Made by a program: the position numbers and the translations under genes. Below, one piece after another: positions 13,008-25,953 of a stretch of DNA of 64,000 bases. The DNA lies in NCBI GenBank assembly GCA_951406725.2, contig OX597816.1, forward strand, positions 58,900,001 to 58,964,000, read 5' to 3'. The stretch comes from Octopus vulgaris. Its lineage: Eukaryota. Under the pieces are notes generated by a model. It did not search any database and was not told where the DNA came from. It saw only the letters and a program-made list of their open reading frames with translations. Position 1 is the first letter of the stretch. Each line of letters begins with the position of its first letter.

Positions 13008-13109
13008 TATATATCCTTGACCGATCAGTGTTCAGGCTGGGCGGGGCATTAAGTTATTCACAGCACCAGGTTGTTTATAAATAGATTGTAACAAACGACA
13101 TACTAAACC

Positions 13110-13340
13110 TATTTCTTTATTGCCCACAAGGGGCTAAACACAGAGAGGACAAACAAGGTCAGACAAACGTATTAAGTCGATTATATCGACTCCAGTGCGT
13201 AACTGGTACTTATTTAATCGACCCTGAAAGGATGAAAGGCAAAGTCGGCCTCGGCGAAATTTGAACTCAGAACGTAACGGCAGACGAAATACGGCTACGT
13301 ATTTCGCCCGGCGTGCTAACGTTTCTGCCAGCTCGCCGCC
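13110..13340 (-). mobile_element. Full-length SINE, family S2
   Basis: Near-identical to 58261-58491 and 59110-59360; TSD GACATACTAAACC at 13097-13109 and 13345-13357. Confidence 0.9.
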
Positions 13341-13454
13341 AAATGACATACTAAACCGTTATAGATATAGGCAAAACTTGGGTATATACAGAATATGATG
13401 AGTAAGGATTGATACGCGGGTATAGATACAAGGGCGTTTGTGTATAGCGGATAG

Positions 13455-13760
13455 CACTGCGTCGATTACAAACGATGAGGGTTCCAGTTGATCCGATCAA
13501 CGGAACAACAGTAACATGAAAGTGGCTGAGTACTCCGCAAGAAGGTTTCCTTTTGACGTAGTTCTGGAGGAGATCCAGCGTGATAAAGAACGTGACAAGG
13601 CTGGCCCTTTCAATTACTGGTACTACGTATGAACAAGATGAATCGACCTGGGGGAGCAGGACATAAAATGTCCGGCTCGAGGAGACAAGAGGCCGCAAGG
13701 AATTGAACTCATGATCTTGCGATCGTGAACCGAATACCCCTAACCACTAAGCCACGCGTC
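13455..13760 (-). mobile_element. Degraded SINE related to S3
   Basis: tRNA-like head GCGTGGCTTAGTGGTTAGGG on the minus strand; tail similar to 12840-13000. Confidence 0.65.
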
Positions 13761-13912
13761 TTAAGAAGCTCGCAATTCTTTCTTTCTTTCTTTTATTCTT
13801 GCTAAAGTTATAATAAAACGAACGCAAATCCATATTTGTACCTGCAAAAAATAAAAAACAAAACTAATTAAATACAAAAGAAAAATTAAGAGGCGGTTAA
13901 AAACATATATAA

Positions 13913-13947
<35 letters not shown>

Positions 13948-14184
13948 TGTCTGTCTGTCTGTCTGTGTCTGCACGAGCGTGTGTGTGTGTGTATGTATGT
14001 AATACATGTATTTCATTATTCAGTATATTTCCAGATTTCTTCCCAATAGAGAAAGAACCGGTTTCTAACCTAGATCCAAGGCTTCTTCAATGGAATTTCA
14101 ACGTCAACAACAGGGTATTTTTGTTTGTTTGTATGTATGTATATATGTGTATGTATGTAAAGTGTTGTCGTCTCAAGAAAATAT

Positions 14185-14280
14185 CGGGTTTCAGCTCGAC
14201 AGGTTCTTCTTGATTGTGTTGAGGAAGATGAAAACTTAGAGAAAACAGTCATAACACGTGACGAATCGTGTGTCAATGGC
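14185..14280 (+). mobile_element. mariner transposase fragment
   Basis: RVSARQVLLDCVEEDENLEKTVITRDESCV, a degenerate ITGDE motif homologous to the ORF at 30895-31527. Confidence 0.6.
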
Positions 14281-14333
14281 TCATCATCATCATTGTGAAG
14301 AATGCGTTAAGTAAATAAAAAGCAAGCGATTAT

Positions 14334-14503
14334 TAGAGAGCAATAGCCGCCTTAGCCGCGTGCATAAACGCGATGCGTCTGTGTGTTACGTACGCTACCG
14401 GACACACACTCGCGGGCGATATCGCCGCCGAGATGACAGCTTTTCGATCGAGCGCGTCGCCGGCCGCCAAGTCTTTGCTCGCTCCAAACGCTATTGCTCT
14501 CTA
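14334..14503. mobile_element. Small GC-rich MITE-like element
   Basis: Perfect 14-bp inverted repeat TAGAGAGCAATAGC (14334-14347) / GCTATTGCTCTCTA (14490-14503). Confidence 0.5.
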
Positions 14504-14544
14504 CTACAAATTGCTTGTCTGCACCCAACTTTATTACTAATATA

Positions 14545-14830
14545 ATCATCGTCGTCGTCGTCATTATCATCATCATCGATTAACGTCCGTTTTCCATGAT
14601 GGCATGGGTTGGACAGTTTGACTGAAATCTTGGAGAGCCAGCTGCTGCAACAGGCTCCAATCTAGTCTAGCATAATTTCTACATCTAAATGCCCTTCCTA
14701 ACGCCAACTATTCCGAGAGTGTAGTGGGTGTTTTTTATGTCCCATCGGCACAGGTGCCAGCTAGCGGGTCACCGGCCCCCAGCTATGGTATTGGTTTTAC
14801 TTGACTCAAGCATACTGCAAGCTTACGCAT
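14545..14830 (-). mobile_element. RTE-tailed SINE/LINE 3' end with (GAT/GAC)n tail
   Basis: GGCGTTAGGAAGGGCAT...CCAACCCATGCCATCATGGAAAACGGACGTTAA on the minus strand. Confidence 0.65.
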
Positions 14831-14844
14831 GTCCTCGGCATTCA

Positions 14845-16810
14845 TGGCCTATGTTTCACTACCGTATAGCATGGCAGTTCACACACATGCATCATACAGT
14901 CCATCTTTCCCCCTGGGTGAGGGGCCATTAGCTGCCAGCAGAGGTAGGAGCTCCCTGAATTTGCCCAGGCTATTATTACTCTAGTTGCTACACTCGCAGA
15001 GCAATCACCCCCACTACATACTTGGTCGCCTAGGTAGTAGAAAGTGTTTACTACTTCTAGTTTCTTCCCCAGGCATGTAATGGAAGCTGTTTTCTGAACA
15101 CCTTCAGTGTTATTGCCCCACTGCATCTGCCACACACAAGAAATAATTTTCCCAGTTAACCTTCCTTTGATATTGCTGCACCTTTTATGTGTCCATAGCT
15201 TACACCGGGTGCATCGTATGGAGTTTCTACCAATGCCTTTTCTACAGAGGAGTTTGTGATTTGACAGCCTGCACACTAACTAAAACTTTGGTTTTGGCTA
15301 GGTTAACCCTAAGGCCATTCAATTCTAGACTTTGCTTCCAAGCCCTTACCTTTGGCTCCAGTTCCGGCAGTGACTCTGCTATTAGTGCAAGGTCATCAGC
15401 ATAGAGGAGCAGCCTGTCTTGAATTCCTCTGTTATTGCCTGGAGGACTATAATGAATAAGGGGGGCTGAGGACTGATCTTAGGTTGACCCTTACCCCTAC
15501 CCGATATTCTTCACTGTACTCGTTGCCAACCGTCACCTTACTGTACATGGCTTGTACAGCTCTCAATAAACATTCATCCATCCCTAGTCTCCTCATTGAC
15601 CACCAGATAGGGGATTGGGGGACCCTGTCAATGAAAGCCAGGTACAGAGTTTTATCTTGGACTAGCTATTTTTCCTGCATCTGTCTTATCAGAAATATAG
15701 CATCAGTGGTGCTTTCCCCTGGCACGAACCGAAACTGCACCTCATCTAGACTGCCTCTCTCCCTAATTACTTGGGCTATGACCCTCTCCGTGACTTTCAT
15801 TACCTGATCCAACAACTTGATACCTCTGTAATTATTTGTATCTAATGCGTCACCTTTACCCTTGTTAGCAGTTGACTATGGTGCTGCTACACCAGTCATT
15901 GGGTATGACTCCTTCATGTATCACCTGGTTGACTAGGCTATAGCCGACACCGCCAGATATTTTGAGCATCTCTGTGGTGATTCCTGATTGTCCGGGGGCT
16001 TTCCCTGTCTTCATACCCTTAATTGCTTTACCTACCAAGGCACTGTCAATTTAGATAGATAGCTGGTCCCTCTGTTGGGCCGGCATTCAGCAGACTCTCT
16101 TTCTCACATTCATTCACTTTATTTAGCAAACTTTCATAATGGCGTCTCCAAACCTGTCTCTTTGCAGCTTCGTTTAAAGCAAGTGAACCGTCACCCACGA
16201 GGACACATTTCTCTCCTAGGACATCTCGATTCTCTCTCACACACTGTCTGGCAACAGGAAAATACTTCAAGTCTTTGGTCATCACGGCGCAGAACATTGG
16301 CAAATTTTTCATTATCTGCTTCCCCTCTGGCCAAATAAACCTATCTCCTAGCTTCCCTTTTGGCAGTCTGATACAATTCCCTGCTATCACCGGTCTTCCA
16401 GTCCTTCAAAGCCTGTTTCTTTTCCTTACTAGCCCTGTCAACAACATTGTTCCACCACCACATTACCTTGGGTTAAGAGGAAACTTTGCACCATCCACAG
16501 ATCTGGTCACTAGCCATCAAAAGGTTGTCCTGTAGAAACCTCCAGTTGTCTTCCACAGCTTTAAGTAATATGTCTCTCAATCTCTTTTTGCAGGATCCTT
16601 AAGCTTCCAGACCCTTCTCCTCCATTCTGGTCATCTTCTGGGCATCCATTTAACCCTGATCCTGAAGTCGCTAACTACTAATCTATGTTGTGGGGTACAT
16701 TCTTCACCTGGGAAGGTTTAGGCATTTACAAGTAGTCGTCTTTCCTGTTTCCTAGTGAGGATGTAGTCAATTTGACTAGTGTGTCTACCAGATTGGCAGG
16801 TGACTAAATG
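14845..16810 (-). pseudogene. Degraded RTE-clade LINE ORF (APE end, RT, Cys-rich insert)
   Basis: QIDYIL...QHRLVV (APE); YRGIKLL..., STTDAIF..RQ, LLYADDL (~15391-15410); CRKGIGRNSIRCTRCKLWTHKRCS; many stops and frameshifts. Confidence 0.9.
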
Positions 16811-18589
16811 GCCCTGAATATGCTAATCAATTACCATTTAGTAATTATGATACTTCTACAATTGAAAATAATTTTAATAAATAATGAATTTATGTATTGT
16901 GGCACATGATACTTGTCAATTGTCTACATTGTTCACATAAATGCCAGTACCAGGCAGAGGTGGTTTCCAGCAGTAAGAGAAGCTTAAGAATAAATAAATG
17001 GAAATTTGTCGGCAGAACAAAGTTAGTAACCTTAAGTCACCTCTTACACTCTCAGTGTTGTGATGAGAGCCAAGGTACTGAACCGAGAGAGTGTATATAG
17101 TTTGTGTTATTTCATAGTGAAGTTCAAGAGTGTGGGTTGGTTTGTTCATTTGGAATATTTGTTGGTTCTTGAGAGATAGTTATGTTGTTATTGCTGCTGC
17201 ATTATCTTATTTTATCACACTGGTACCACATATTTTAGGCCATTATCGCAATAGTGGTGGTACTACTATATTGGATGCAAACCATGTTACAGCATCTGGC
17301 GACAAAAGGCTCGAAGATCACGTAGCATGTAATTCACCTGCAAACTAAGCATTAAATTCTTTCTTACCAGATTGTCAGCCTTCTGAAATTCCCTTGTCCA
17401 TGTTATTTCCTCTGCAGCCATCCACACATTTTATTCAAGATCAACTACGTCAATCTTACCAGTTTTGAAGGCACAGCTCTTGTCTCAGAAGGAATGCAAA
17501 AGGCAAGGATACAGCCCCCTTTATCCAGCCAAATTGTTCAAATAAAATATGGAAAAAAAAACCCTAACACCCACTACTATTCCTGTGAATTAGTAAGCTG
17601 TAAACTATATCAAACTGAGCCCACATCATCATCTTTAACATGTCTCACTGCTAGAACCTATTACTAAATATTTTATCCAATCATTTATCTCCAGAATGGC
17701 AGCTTCTACATGGAATCACATTCTCATCAGACATTAATTTACACAAGTTGAAAAAAGACATCATCTACATTCACATTAACAGTTTAGGAAAGCCTGCAGA
17801 TGTTCTCTTGCTCGCACTTTATATTAATACAAATAAGAATTTCTAACAAAGGTACATAGCCAAAAATTTTATAGGAGGAAATAATGTCAACTATATTGAC
17901 CCACTCCTTATCTAGTGTTTTATTTCATTGCCCACAAAAAAAAGAGAAATGTGAAGTGTGTTGACAATGCTAACTAACCCTTTCATGACTTAAATTCTGA
18001 TAGGTAAACTGTTTCATTAAATCTCTAGTGCCAGTTTAGCATACAGTAAACGTGGCCATTTACAATTTAGTATGCTATCTGTTGCCAATTCTAGACCATA
18101 GCTCTAACCCTAACATAAACCATAACAAGGCATAGTCTACATAGTTACAAGCAGATAGACACTCTACTGACCTTCTCACCTTTATCTCATAATTTTGTTG
18201 ATCCAAACACCTGATTAATAATTAAAGAAAGTAGTTATTTTACTTAGACTGTTCAAATTGATTATGCGTATTTCATTGGGAACATGACTATAAAAGAATT
18301 TAGCATCAAATTTGATTTCAACTTACATTTTCCACAGCTATTCTAACAACAGTGTAATAATACTTCTGTAACCTCTCAGAGGAAACATGACTCCTCCTTC
18401 ACTCCTCTCCACCATTCATTTATGGTTTGAGAATAATTCTATAATTGTTGTAAACTGGAATGGAACTTACTCTCTTTCTGCTCACAGCCATTCTCCATTT
18501 AATGCTACTTGGTTTGCATCTTTTAGAGAGATAGATTAGATATAATAAACTCAAAGAGCAACTAGAAAGAGAAAGTAGTATCTAACTTA

Positions 18590-19020
18590 GGATGTCTCAT
18601 AGATAGTGGTGGCAATGGTGTTAGAGGTAGTAGATGTGGTTATCATGGCAGTGGTGGTGGTGGTGTAGTGGTGACAGTGGATGTGTATGATGGCAGCAAT
18701 TATAGTGTTGGTGTTTTTGTAGAGGTGGTGGTGATGGTGGCGGTGGCGGCAGTGGATGATGATGATAATGATGATGATAGTAGTAGTAGCATTGATTATG
18801 TTAGGATGTCTCATGGATGGTAGTGTTGAAGACATTGCAGAGTGTAGTGGTGGTGAAATTGGTGATTTTGAATATGATGCTGGTATTGATCTTGGGGTTG
18901 TGGTTGCAGAAGATGGTTGTGGTGGTGGCATTGGAGGTTATAGTAATGGTTGTAGTGGTGGTTGTGAAGATGATTCTGATATTGATAGTCTTTGCATTGA
19001 AGTGGTGGCAGAGTCAGAGT
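18590..19020. repeat. Degenerate (GGT/GAT/GTA)n trinucleotide tract
   Basis: Directly visible low-complexity sequence. Confidence 0.85.
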
Positions 19021-19255
19021 AAATAATAAGAGCCCAGTTAACACAAGATTCTTAAATTTCGGAGATCATAAGATAGAGAGCAAGAAGTTAAAAGTTCCAC
19101 TACTGGCCCAATTCCTACACCCCAGATTCTTCAACTATTTTATAAGAAAGGGGTTAATGGCAGGATAGGGATTCAGCTTAAAAATAAATTGTATAACAAA
19201 AAATACATAAATAAATTACTGCTCCAACGATGTAATTTTAGTATGTGTGTATGTA

Positions 19256-19312
<57 letters not shown>

Positions 19313-19610
19313 GCAATGCAAACAATGGAAAATAATTTAAACACTCATTTTCTGATGTCTAAGGATGGATATTCATGCGTATGAATCTTTTTCTTTTTAT
19401 TTTCTTTCAAATATAATTCTAGGGAACTGAAAAAGCTGTGTACGATGCCAAGCGAATTTAGCTATTTACGATAAGCGGATGTTTACGTTACAAACGAATT
19501 TGTAGGTCTGTTTACATGTTTACGTTAACTACGTCACAAAATAGCTGTTTACGTCACAGTAACAATATTTTGAGAGGCAGTAAATAATATGAGGTCGAAA
19601 GAAAGAATAC

Positions 19611-19776
19611 CATTGGTTAAAATTCGATTTATTAAACAACGGTAAACTTAGAAATTACAATTCCGTTTTCATTTTGGTTTACAATTATGTTTTCTTTTGA
19701 CACATTCTACCAGTATACGAAGTTTCAAATTGTTTAGTTAACTAGGAAAATCTGGCCTTCAAACTGAAAAGATCCC
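19611..19776. mobile_element. Solo end of the TIR element seen at 3051-4119
   Basis: Matches 3955-4119. Confidence 0.75.
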
Positions 19777-19777
19777 A

Positions 19778-19832
<55 letters not shown>

Positions 19833-19918
19833 TGTTTTATATATATATATACATATATATATTATATACATACATACATAAATACATACATACATATATA
19901 TGTATATATGTATATATA

Positions 19919-19959
<41 letters not shown>

Positions 19960-19967
<8 letters not shown>

Positions 19968-21864
19968 TTAACTCCCTTCTGTATCTAATTATACTAGTGG
20001 TCTTCTACAATTTTAAAACATGCAACTTATAAATCTATAAATTTATAATTTTATATAATTTTGTAGCTACACATGTATAAAAATATATATGTCCAGTATT
20101 AATTGTTTTTTGTATGTGGGTTTTTTTGTCTTGTTTTATAAGGGAAATACACTACGGCAAGAAATAATATATTCATTTTGGTATTTGCTTTGTAATATGT
20201 GATTCTTGAAGTTTTCTAAAATTACAGAGTGTGTATGAATATCATAGTTAGATACCTGGTTTTAGATACTGTAATACTATTATGTAATATATGAGAGTCT
20301 ATTTGGGAGTTTGTTTGTTTAGGTTGAGAATATGGGTTTTTGTAGGTTTTTATTTGGCAGGCTTATATATTGTATATTTGGTGTATCTTTGTACTCACCT
20401 AAATTTGTATCTTATGCTATTTATTAATAAACCTATTCATTTACTCACATTTGGCTTTATAAATATTAGCAGTCTTATATATTTAGTCTATATTTGTAGT
20501 CTTCTGGATTTGTACATTATGTTATTCATCTATTCATTTTTTTACTCATTATCTACAGGTATAAATTTACATAATATTAGCCTGTATTATATAAGTACTT
20601 TCTTCAATATATATCTTCACTTTATTTTATGTTATTTATTTACATATATACTCTTTTATGCATATGTGGATATATGCATATTAGCATTACTATATATTAG
20701 GTGTACCTGTACCTATGTATTTATCTGAATTTGTTTTCTATGGTATCTATCTATTCATTTAGTCATTTACTTATTTATTTATTTATTTATTTACTTATTT
20801 AAGTGTAGATATATACATACATATCAATTATTTATTTTAATAATATATGGATACATGTATACTAGTTTGTACTTATACTATGTATGTAATTTTAATTATT
20901 TCTTCTTATTTATTTTATCACATTTTAAACTTAAGTAATTACAATTTATTAACATATAATTAATTTAATTCCTGTTATTTACTTATATACAATTGTATTG
21001 GTAAGTCCCCCATTGATATTATTTAATGCCAAATCTTGTTAATTATTACATTTGTTATCTATGTGTCCACGGATGCTTAAAAGTATATTTATATATAAGT
21101 ACTATGAATTTTTTCTCGCGAGTCACATATGAAAATAGACGGTGCGTTTGTGTATATCTGCTGATACGCATGAGTATTTTTATGGGCATGTATATTTGAG
21201 TGTAATTCTATTAGTTCGTAGGTTAGGTTCTTTGATGGATAAATATTAATATTATAATGGCATTGGATTTATTACGTAGAAAAGATATATATTTAAACTA
21301 TAAAAAATTAATCTATACTTTATAACTTAGCGTACATGTGATTATAGCAAATTACGGTTAAATCAGTAAACGTTATGTTGACTACAGAAAAAACGGTGTC
21401 ACATGCTGCGTGTACCCGCGAAAATTATATTCGATGTCTTGATATATAAATATATGTATCTTTATAACAAATATTTTATGGAAATATGTAAGTGGATCTC
21501 TTTAGTTAATTTAGTGGTATGGTTGTCGTTTTGAGAGGCTGGATGGCTGCATAGCTAGGATTATACCTCTTTTATTATTTATTTATTTATGTGTTTGACG
21601 TTGTTTGTGGATATGTATGTGTATGAGTGTATGTGTGTGTGTATACATATAATTATGTATGTATGTGCGATTGATCTGTGGATGTGCGTGTGCGTATGTG
21701 CGTTTCTTGACTAACTAACCGTAAAATTTCTTTTGTGATTCAAATTTTAAACTATAAGCCAATCGAATTAATCTAGAATAATCAATATCAAGCGGACAGA
21801 ATAATCAGACTCATAGATATGTCGATGTCTGATGGATGTACTTGGTACAGACATAATTTGTATC

Positions 21865-21901
<37 letters not shown>

Positions 21902-22545
21902 ATCAATAGTAATTTTTATTGACTTTTACAGGTTTATAATTTTATGAACTGAACTGTGTGTTTTTTTATTATTTTTCATGTATAGGTCTGATTTTAATTT
22001 AAATGTGAGTGTGCATATATTTTCCTGTGTGTTAGTTTTTAGAACTAGTAGCCCAATATGTAGAATAACTGTGTTTGTTAATATATATTGATATATTTTG
22101 TTTTGTTTATTTTGTATTATTGTATTAATGAGTATATATATATATATGTGTAGTATTATGTGTGTCTATGCACACGTTTTTATATTTTATATTTTTATAT
22201 TTATATGTATAAAAAAAAATTTTTTTTTCACATTTATAATAAATTAAATTCTCTGAAGAGGCCGTGTGGCATCCTTGTTAATGTCTCATTTATACCTGCC
22301 TTATATGGCTTATAGGTTAAATGAGGCATGCTTGCCCTAACGGCCGAAACAGCTGTCAGATATGTTATAATTATATTTTATATTTTATATTTTATATGTC
22401 TATTTCATTGTCTAATTATATTTACTATATATTTTGTATAATGCCTTTACTGTTATGTAATGGTGTAATAAAGTATTGATTGGGTATCATCAGATGGTTG
22501 ATATTTGATTGATTTAAGTATGTTTCTCCATTTTCTAATTTTGTA

Positions 22546-22546
<1 letters not shown>
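19960..22546 (+). mobile_element. AT-rich non-coding element in (TA)n carrying a hammerhead (Penelope-like/retrozyme-like)
   Basis: Flanked by (TA)n on both sides. Its 3' end GATTTAAGTATGTTTCTCCATTTTCTAATTTTGTAGTA recurs at ~54420-54457. Confidence 0.5.
22250..22360 (+). ncRNA. Type I hammerhead ribozyme with extended stem II
   Basis: TCT-CTGAAGA-GGCCG...CGGCC-GAAAC-AGCT-GTC-AGA; palindromic stem III ACAGCTGT; GTC triplet at 22355-22357. Confidence 0.8.
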
Positions 22547-22622
<76 letters not shown>

Positions 22623-22627
22623 TATAT

Positions 22628-23252
22628 GAGGTATACTTGCCATCTCAATATGGCTAACCACTAAGGGTGGGTGTTACTGTAGCTTGTAGCCCCAGGAGAA
22701 CATCGTCTCCAGCTGGCTTTAGGCACACTTTCTGTGCCCTTATGGTATTTGCAAAGGGAGGTCATCCATCCCTCGTCAACCTAAGTGATACGCACGGACT
22801 GCACCCACCCTTAGTGGTTAGCCACATTGAGATGGCAAGTATACCTCACATTGTCGTGCAGTTACTGTTTATACCTCGTTCAGAGATTTATTATTGCTTG
22901 CATACAATTTTTCGAGATCGGTGACGAAAAGTTACTGGAAAAACGATAAAAGTATTTGCATTGGGACATCCCTTCATAAAAAACTGGTGATTGTCGTATG
23001 CCGACGACAGGTCAATACCTAGAAACTGCAGTCCGTGCGTATCACTTAGGTTGACGAGGGAGGAATGACCTCCCTTTGCAAATACCATAAGAGCACAGAA
23101 AGTGTGCCTAAAGCCAGCTGGAGACGATGTTCTCCTGGGGCTACAAGCTACAGTAACACCCACCCTTAGTGGATAGCCATATTGAGATGGCAAGTATACC
23201 TCACATTGTCGTGCAGTTACTGTTTATACCTCGTTCAGAGATTTATTATTGC
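22628..23252. mobile_element. 355-bp retrozyme-like unit (about 1.26 tandem copies) plus an inverted partial copy
   Basis: Direct repeat 22804-22896 = 23159-23251; 22628-22803 is the reverse complement of 23027-23202. Confidence 0.8.
22995..23039 (+). ncRNA. Type I hammerhead fold with variant core CCGACGA
   Basis: Stem I CGTATG/CGTGCG; stem II AGG/CCT; GAAAC-TGCA-GTC with palindrome ACTGCAGT. Confidence 0.65.
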
Positions 23253-23269
23253 ATATATATATATATATA

Positions 23270-23465
23270 TCTGAGCGTGGTATAAACAGTAGCTGCACGA
23301 CATCGTGAAGTATATTTGCCGCTTAAGTGTGGCTAGCCCTTAAGGGTTGATGCTACTGTAGCTTGTAGCCTCAGGAAAGCATCTCCAGCTGGCTATTGAC
23401 ACACCTTCTGTGCCCTATCAGTATTTGCAAAGGGAAGTCATCTTTTCCATCTCCAGCCTGATGTA
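23270..23465 (-). mobile_element. Diverged relative of the 355-bp unit
   Basis: Similar to the reverse complement of 23050-23240. Confidence 0.7.
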
Positions 23466-23581
23466 TTTTAAATGCTTGCTTCAGCAGGCTATCATTTGAT
23501 ATGATGAATATTTATTAGAAATATTTCTTTTTGAACTCCTCAAAAAGTTTGAATTGTTCTACTTGAACTTATTCTTTCTCA

Positions 23582-24090
23582 ATGCTCAACAATATCAATA
23601 GCAACATACAATTCACCATAGAACACAGCAATAAACAACTCCCTCTTCTTGACATCCTAATTAAAATAGTCAATAACAACATCGAAACGGACATCTTCTA
23701 TAAACCCACAGATTCAAAGCAATACCTATTATTCAACTCATGCCACCCCAAACACGTAAACATTAATATACCTTATAATCTAGCGAAAAGGATCTGTACC
23801 ATGCTCGAGACATTACCCAACATCATTAATAAATGATGGGTTTAAACGAGCAAAGGAAATAGACATACGAACATTAAGGGAAACCAACCGAAATACTACA
23901 CCATACTTAAAAATACTCCCATACATCTACACACATAACCCTAGAAACAATGAAGTCTTCAACATTATCATCCAAAATCTACCCATTCTCACAGGAGATA
24001 AAACAATGAAGATTTTAGGCTCACACAAAATTATCAAGAGCAAAATGCAACCGAAATCATTGAAATATATTAACCAACGCAAGACTATAG
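23582..24090 (+). pseudogene. Penelope-like element reverse transcriptase C-terminal remnant
   Basis: IQFTIEHS..LPLLDILI...TDIFYKPTDSKQYLLFNSCHPKH...IPYNLAKRICT, then a ..LPYISTHNP.. linker. Confidence 0.85.
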
Positions 24091-24237
24091 CCATTAACAA
24101 CTTTAAATAATTTTTTACGGATACAACTGCTTACAAAAATGGGGATTAATGTATAATTTCTGTCTATGTTCATAATTTTTTGTTTATAATATTGAAAAAA
24201 ATATGCCACCAAAGAAAAGATGTAATTTCTCCAGAAA

Positions 24238-24293
<56 letters not shown>

Positions 24294-25203
24294 CACGTGT
24301 ATGTATGCACGATCGAGCATGTGTGGAGCTTGGGTAGTGAATTATAATTTAATCTATGTGAGATGTGCCGAACAACTCAACGACTAGTTAGTGCTGTGAC
24401 ATACTGTGCTTATGGATTAAACAAAAAGAAACACATTCAATATACAACATGAAGAAATTATGGAAATATTGACAATAATTTACTTCACGCCAGCTGGCAA
24501 TTCACCTTGTCCACCGCCGTTGAATTAAAGACAGCCGTTTCTCCATTCAGAATACGGCATTTATTGACGTCATGAGAGGGTGGTACATAAATCGACCAGA
24601 AACGGACAAAAAAATAAAGTGGTTACTTTGTATATGAACAATCAAAAATATGTTCTATTCTATTCTACAGTGGTGGTATTGGAGTGCTGAATATAAATAA
24701 GTTTGGTTGTTTATATAATTGCTTGAAGTAGCATCGTAAATAGATAAACAAGGACCTACGTAGTATAAATTCTTGTGAGTGAGATATTCATTTAATCTTT
24801 GACTGCACGACGATTTAACAGGTAGCCAGTGCTATGAATTTTATGTATGTGAATTAAGCAAACTGAAAGAGAGGATCTCATACACTACATTAAGAAAAAT
24901 TGATATTCGCCTTTTTTTAGTTACAGGATATCACACGTAGATACATTCTCTCTTTCGTATCTAATGTACATTTCAATCAATATATGGCTCACGCATATAA
25001 ACACACACATTGATACACACAACACATATACAAGCACAATTCGCCCTCCTCCTCCTCCTCACCCCCATCTTCCTCCTTCAACACCACCGACATCAAGAGA
25101 AGCCAATACTCATGTATTAAACTATTATAAAGCAAATGTTTATATCCACGCTTTTTTTATGTGTGTGTACGTACGTATGTATATATGTATGTATGTATGT
25201 ATG

Positions 25204-25237
<34 letters not shown>

Positions 25238-25570
25238 TGTATGTATGTATGTATGTATGTATGTATGTATGTATGTATGTATGTATGTATGTATGTATGT
25301 ATGTATGTATGTATGTATGTATGTATGTATGTATGTATGTATGTTTGTATGTATGTATGTATGTATGTATGTATGTATGTATGTATGTATGTATGTTTGT
25401 ATGTATGTATGTATGTATGCATGCATGCATGTATGTATGTATGTATGTATGTATGTATGTATGTATGTATGTATGTTTGTATGTATGTATGGCCACTCTG
25501 AAAATATTAAAATTGAATTTACTGATATTCGCAAATATTTTTGTACATTAATGGAAGTAGATGCTGACAA

Positions 25571-25615
<45 letters not shown>

Positions 25616-25697
25616 CATATCATCTGTCAAAATAAGTGAACAAGAGCTATACAATTTTAAAAAACAACTCACTCACACACACGCTCTCTCTCTCTCT

Positions 25698-25733
<36 letters not shown>

Positions 25734-25893
25734 TTCTCTCTCTCACACTCGTATGCACGTGCACACACACACACACACACACACACGTACATATATGTTA
25801 AATTGAGTGAGCAAGGGCCATACAATTTTTTTTAAAAATACTCATGCAAACACTCACCCACACGTTCTCTCCCTCTCTCTCACGCGCTCGCAC

Positions 25894-25953
<60 letters not shown>

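Noticed and set aside
18587-19044. His/Thr/Gly-rich ORFs
   Set aside because: Degenerate trinucleotide repeat open on both strands
20291-20728. 145-aa hydrophobic ORF
   Set aside because: T-rich compositional artefact inside an AT-rich element; no recognisable motifs
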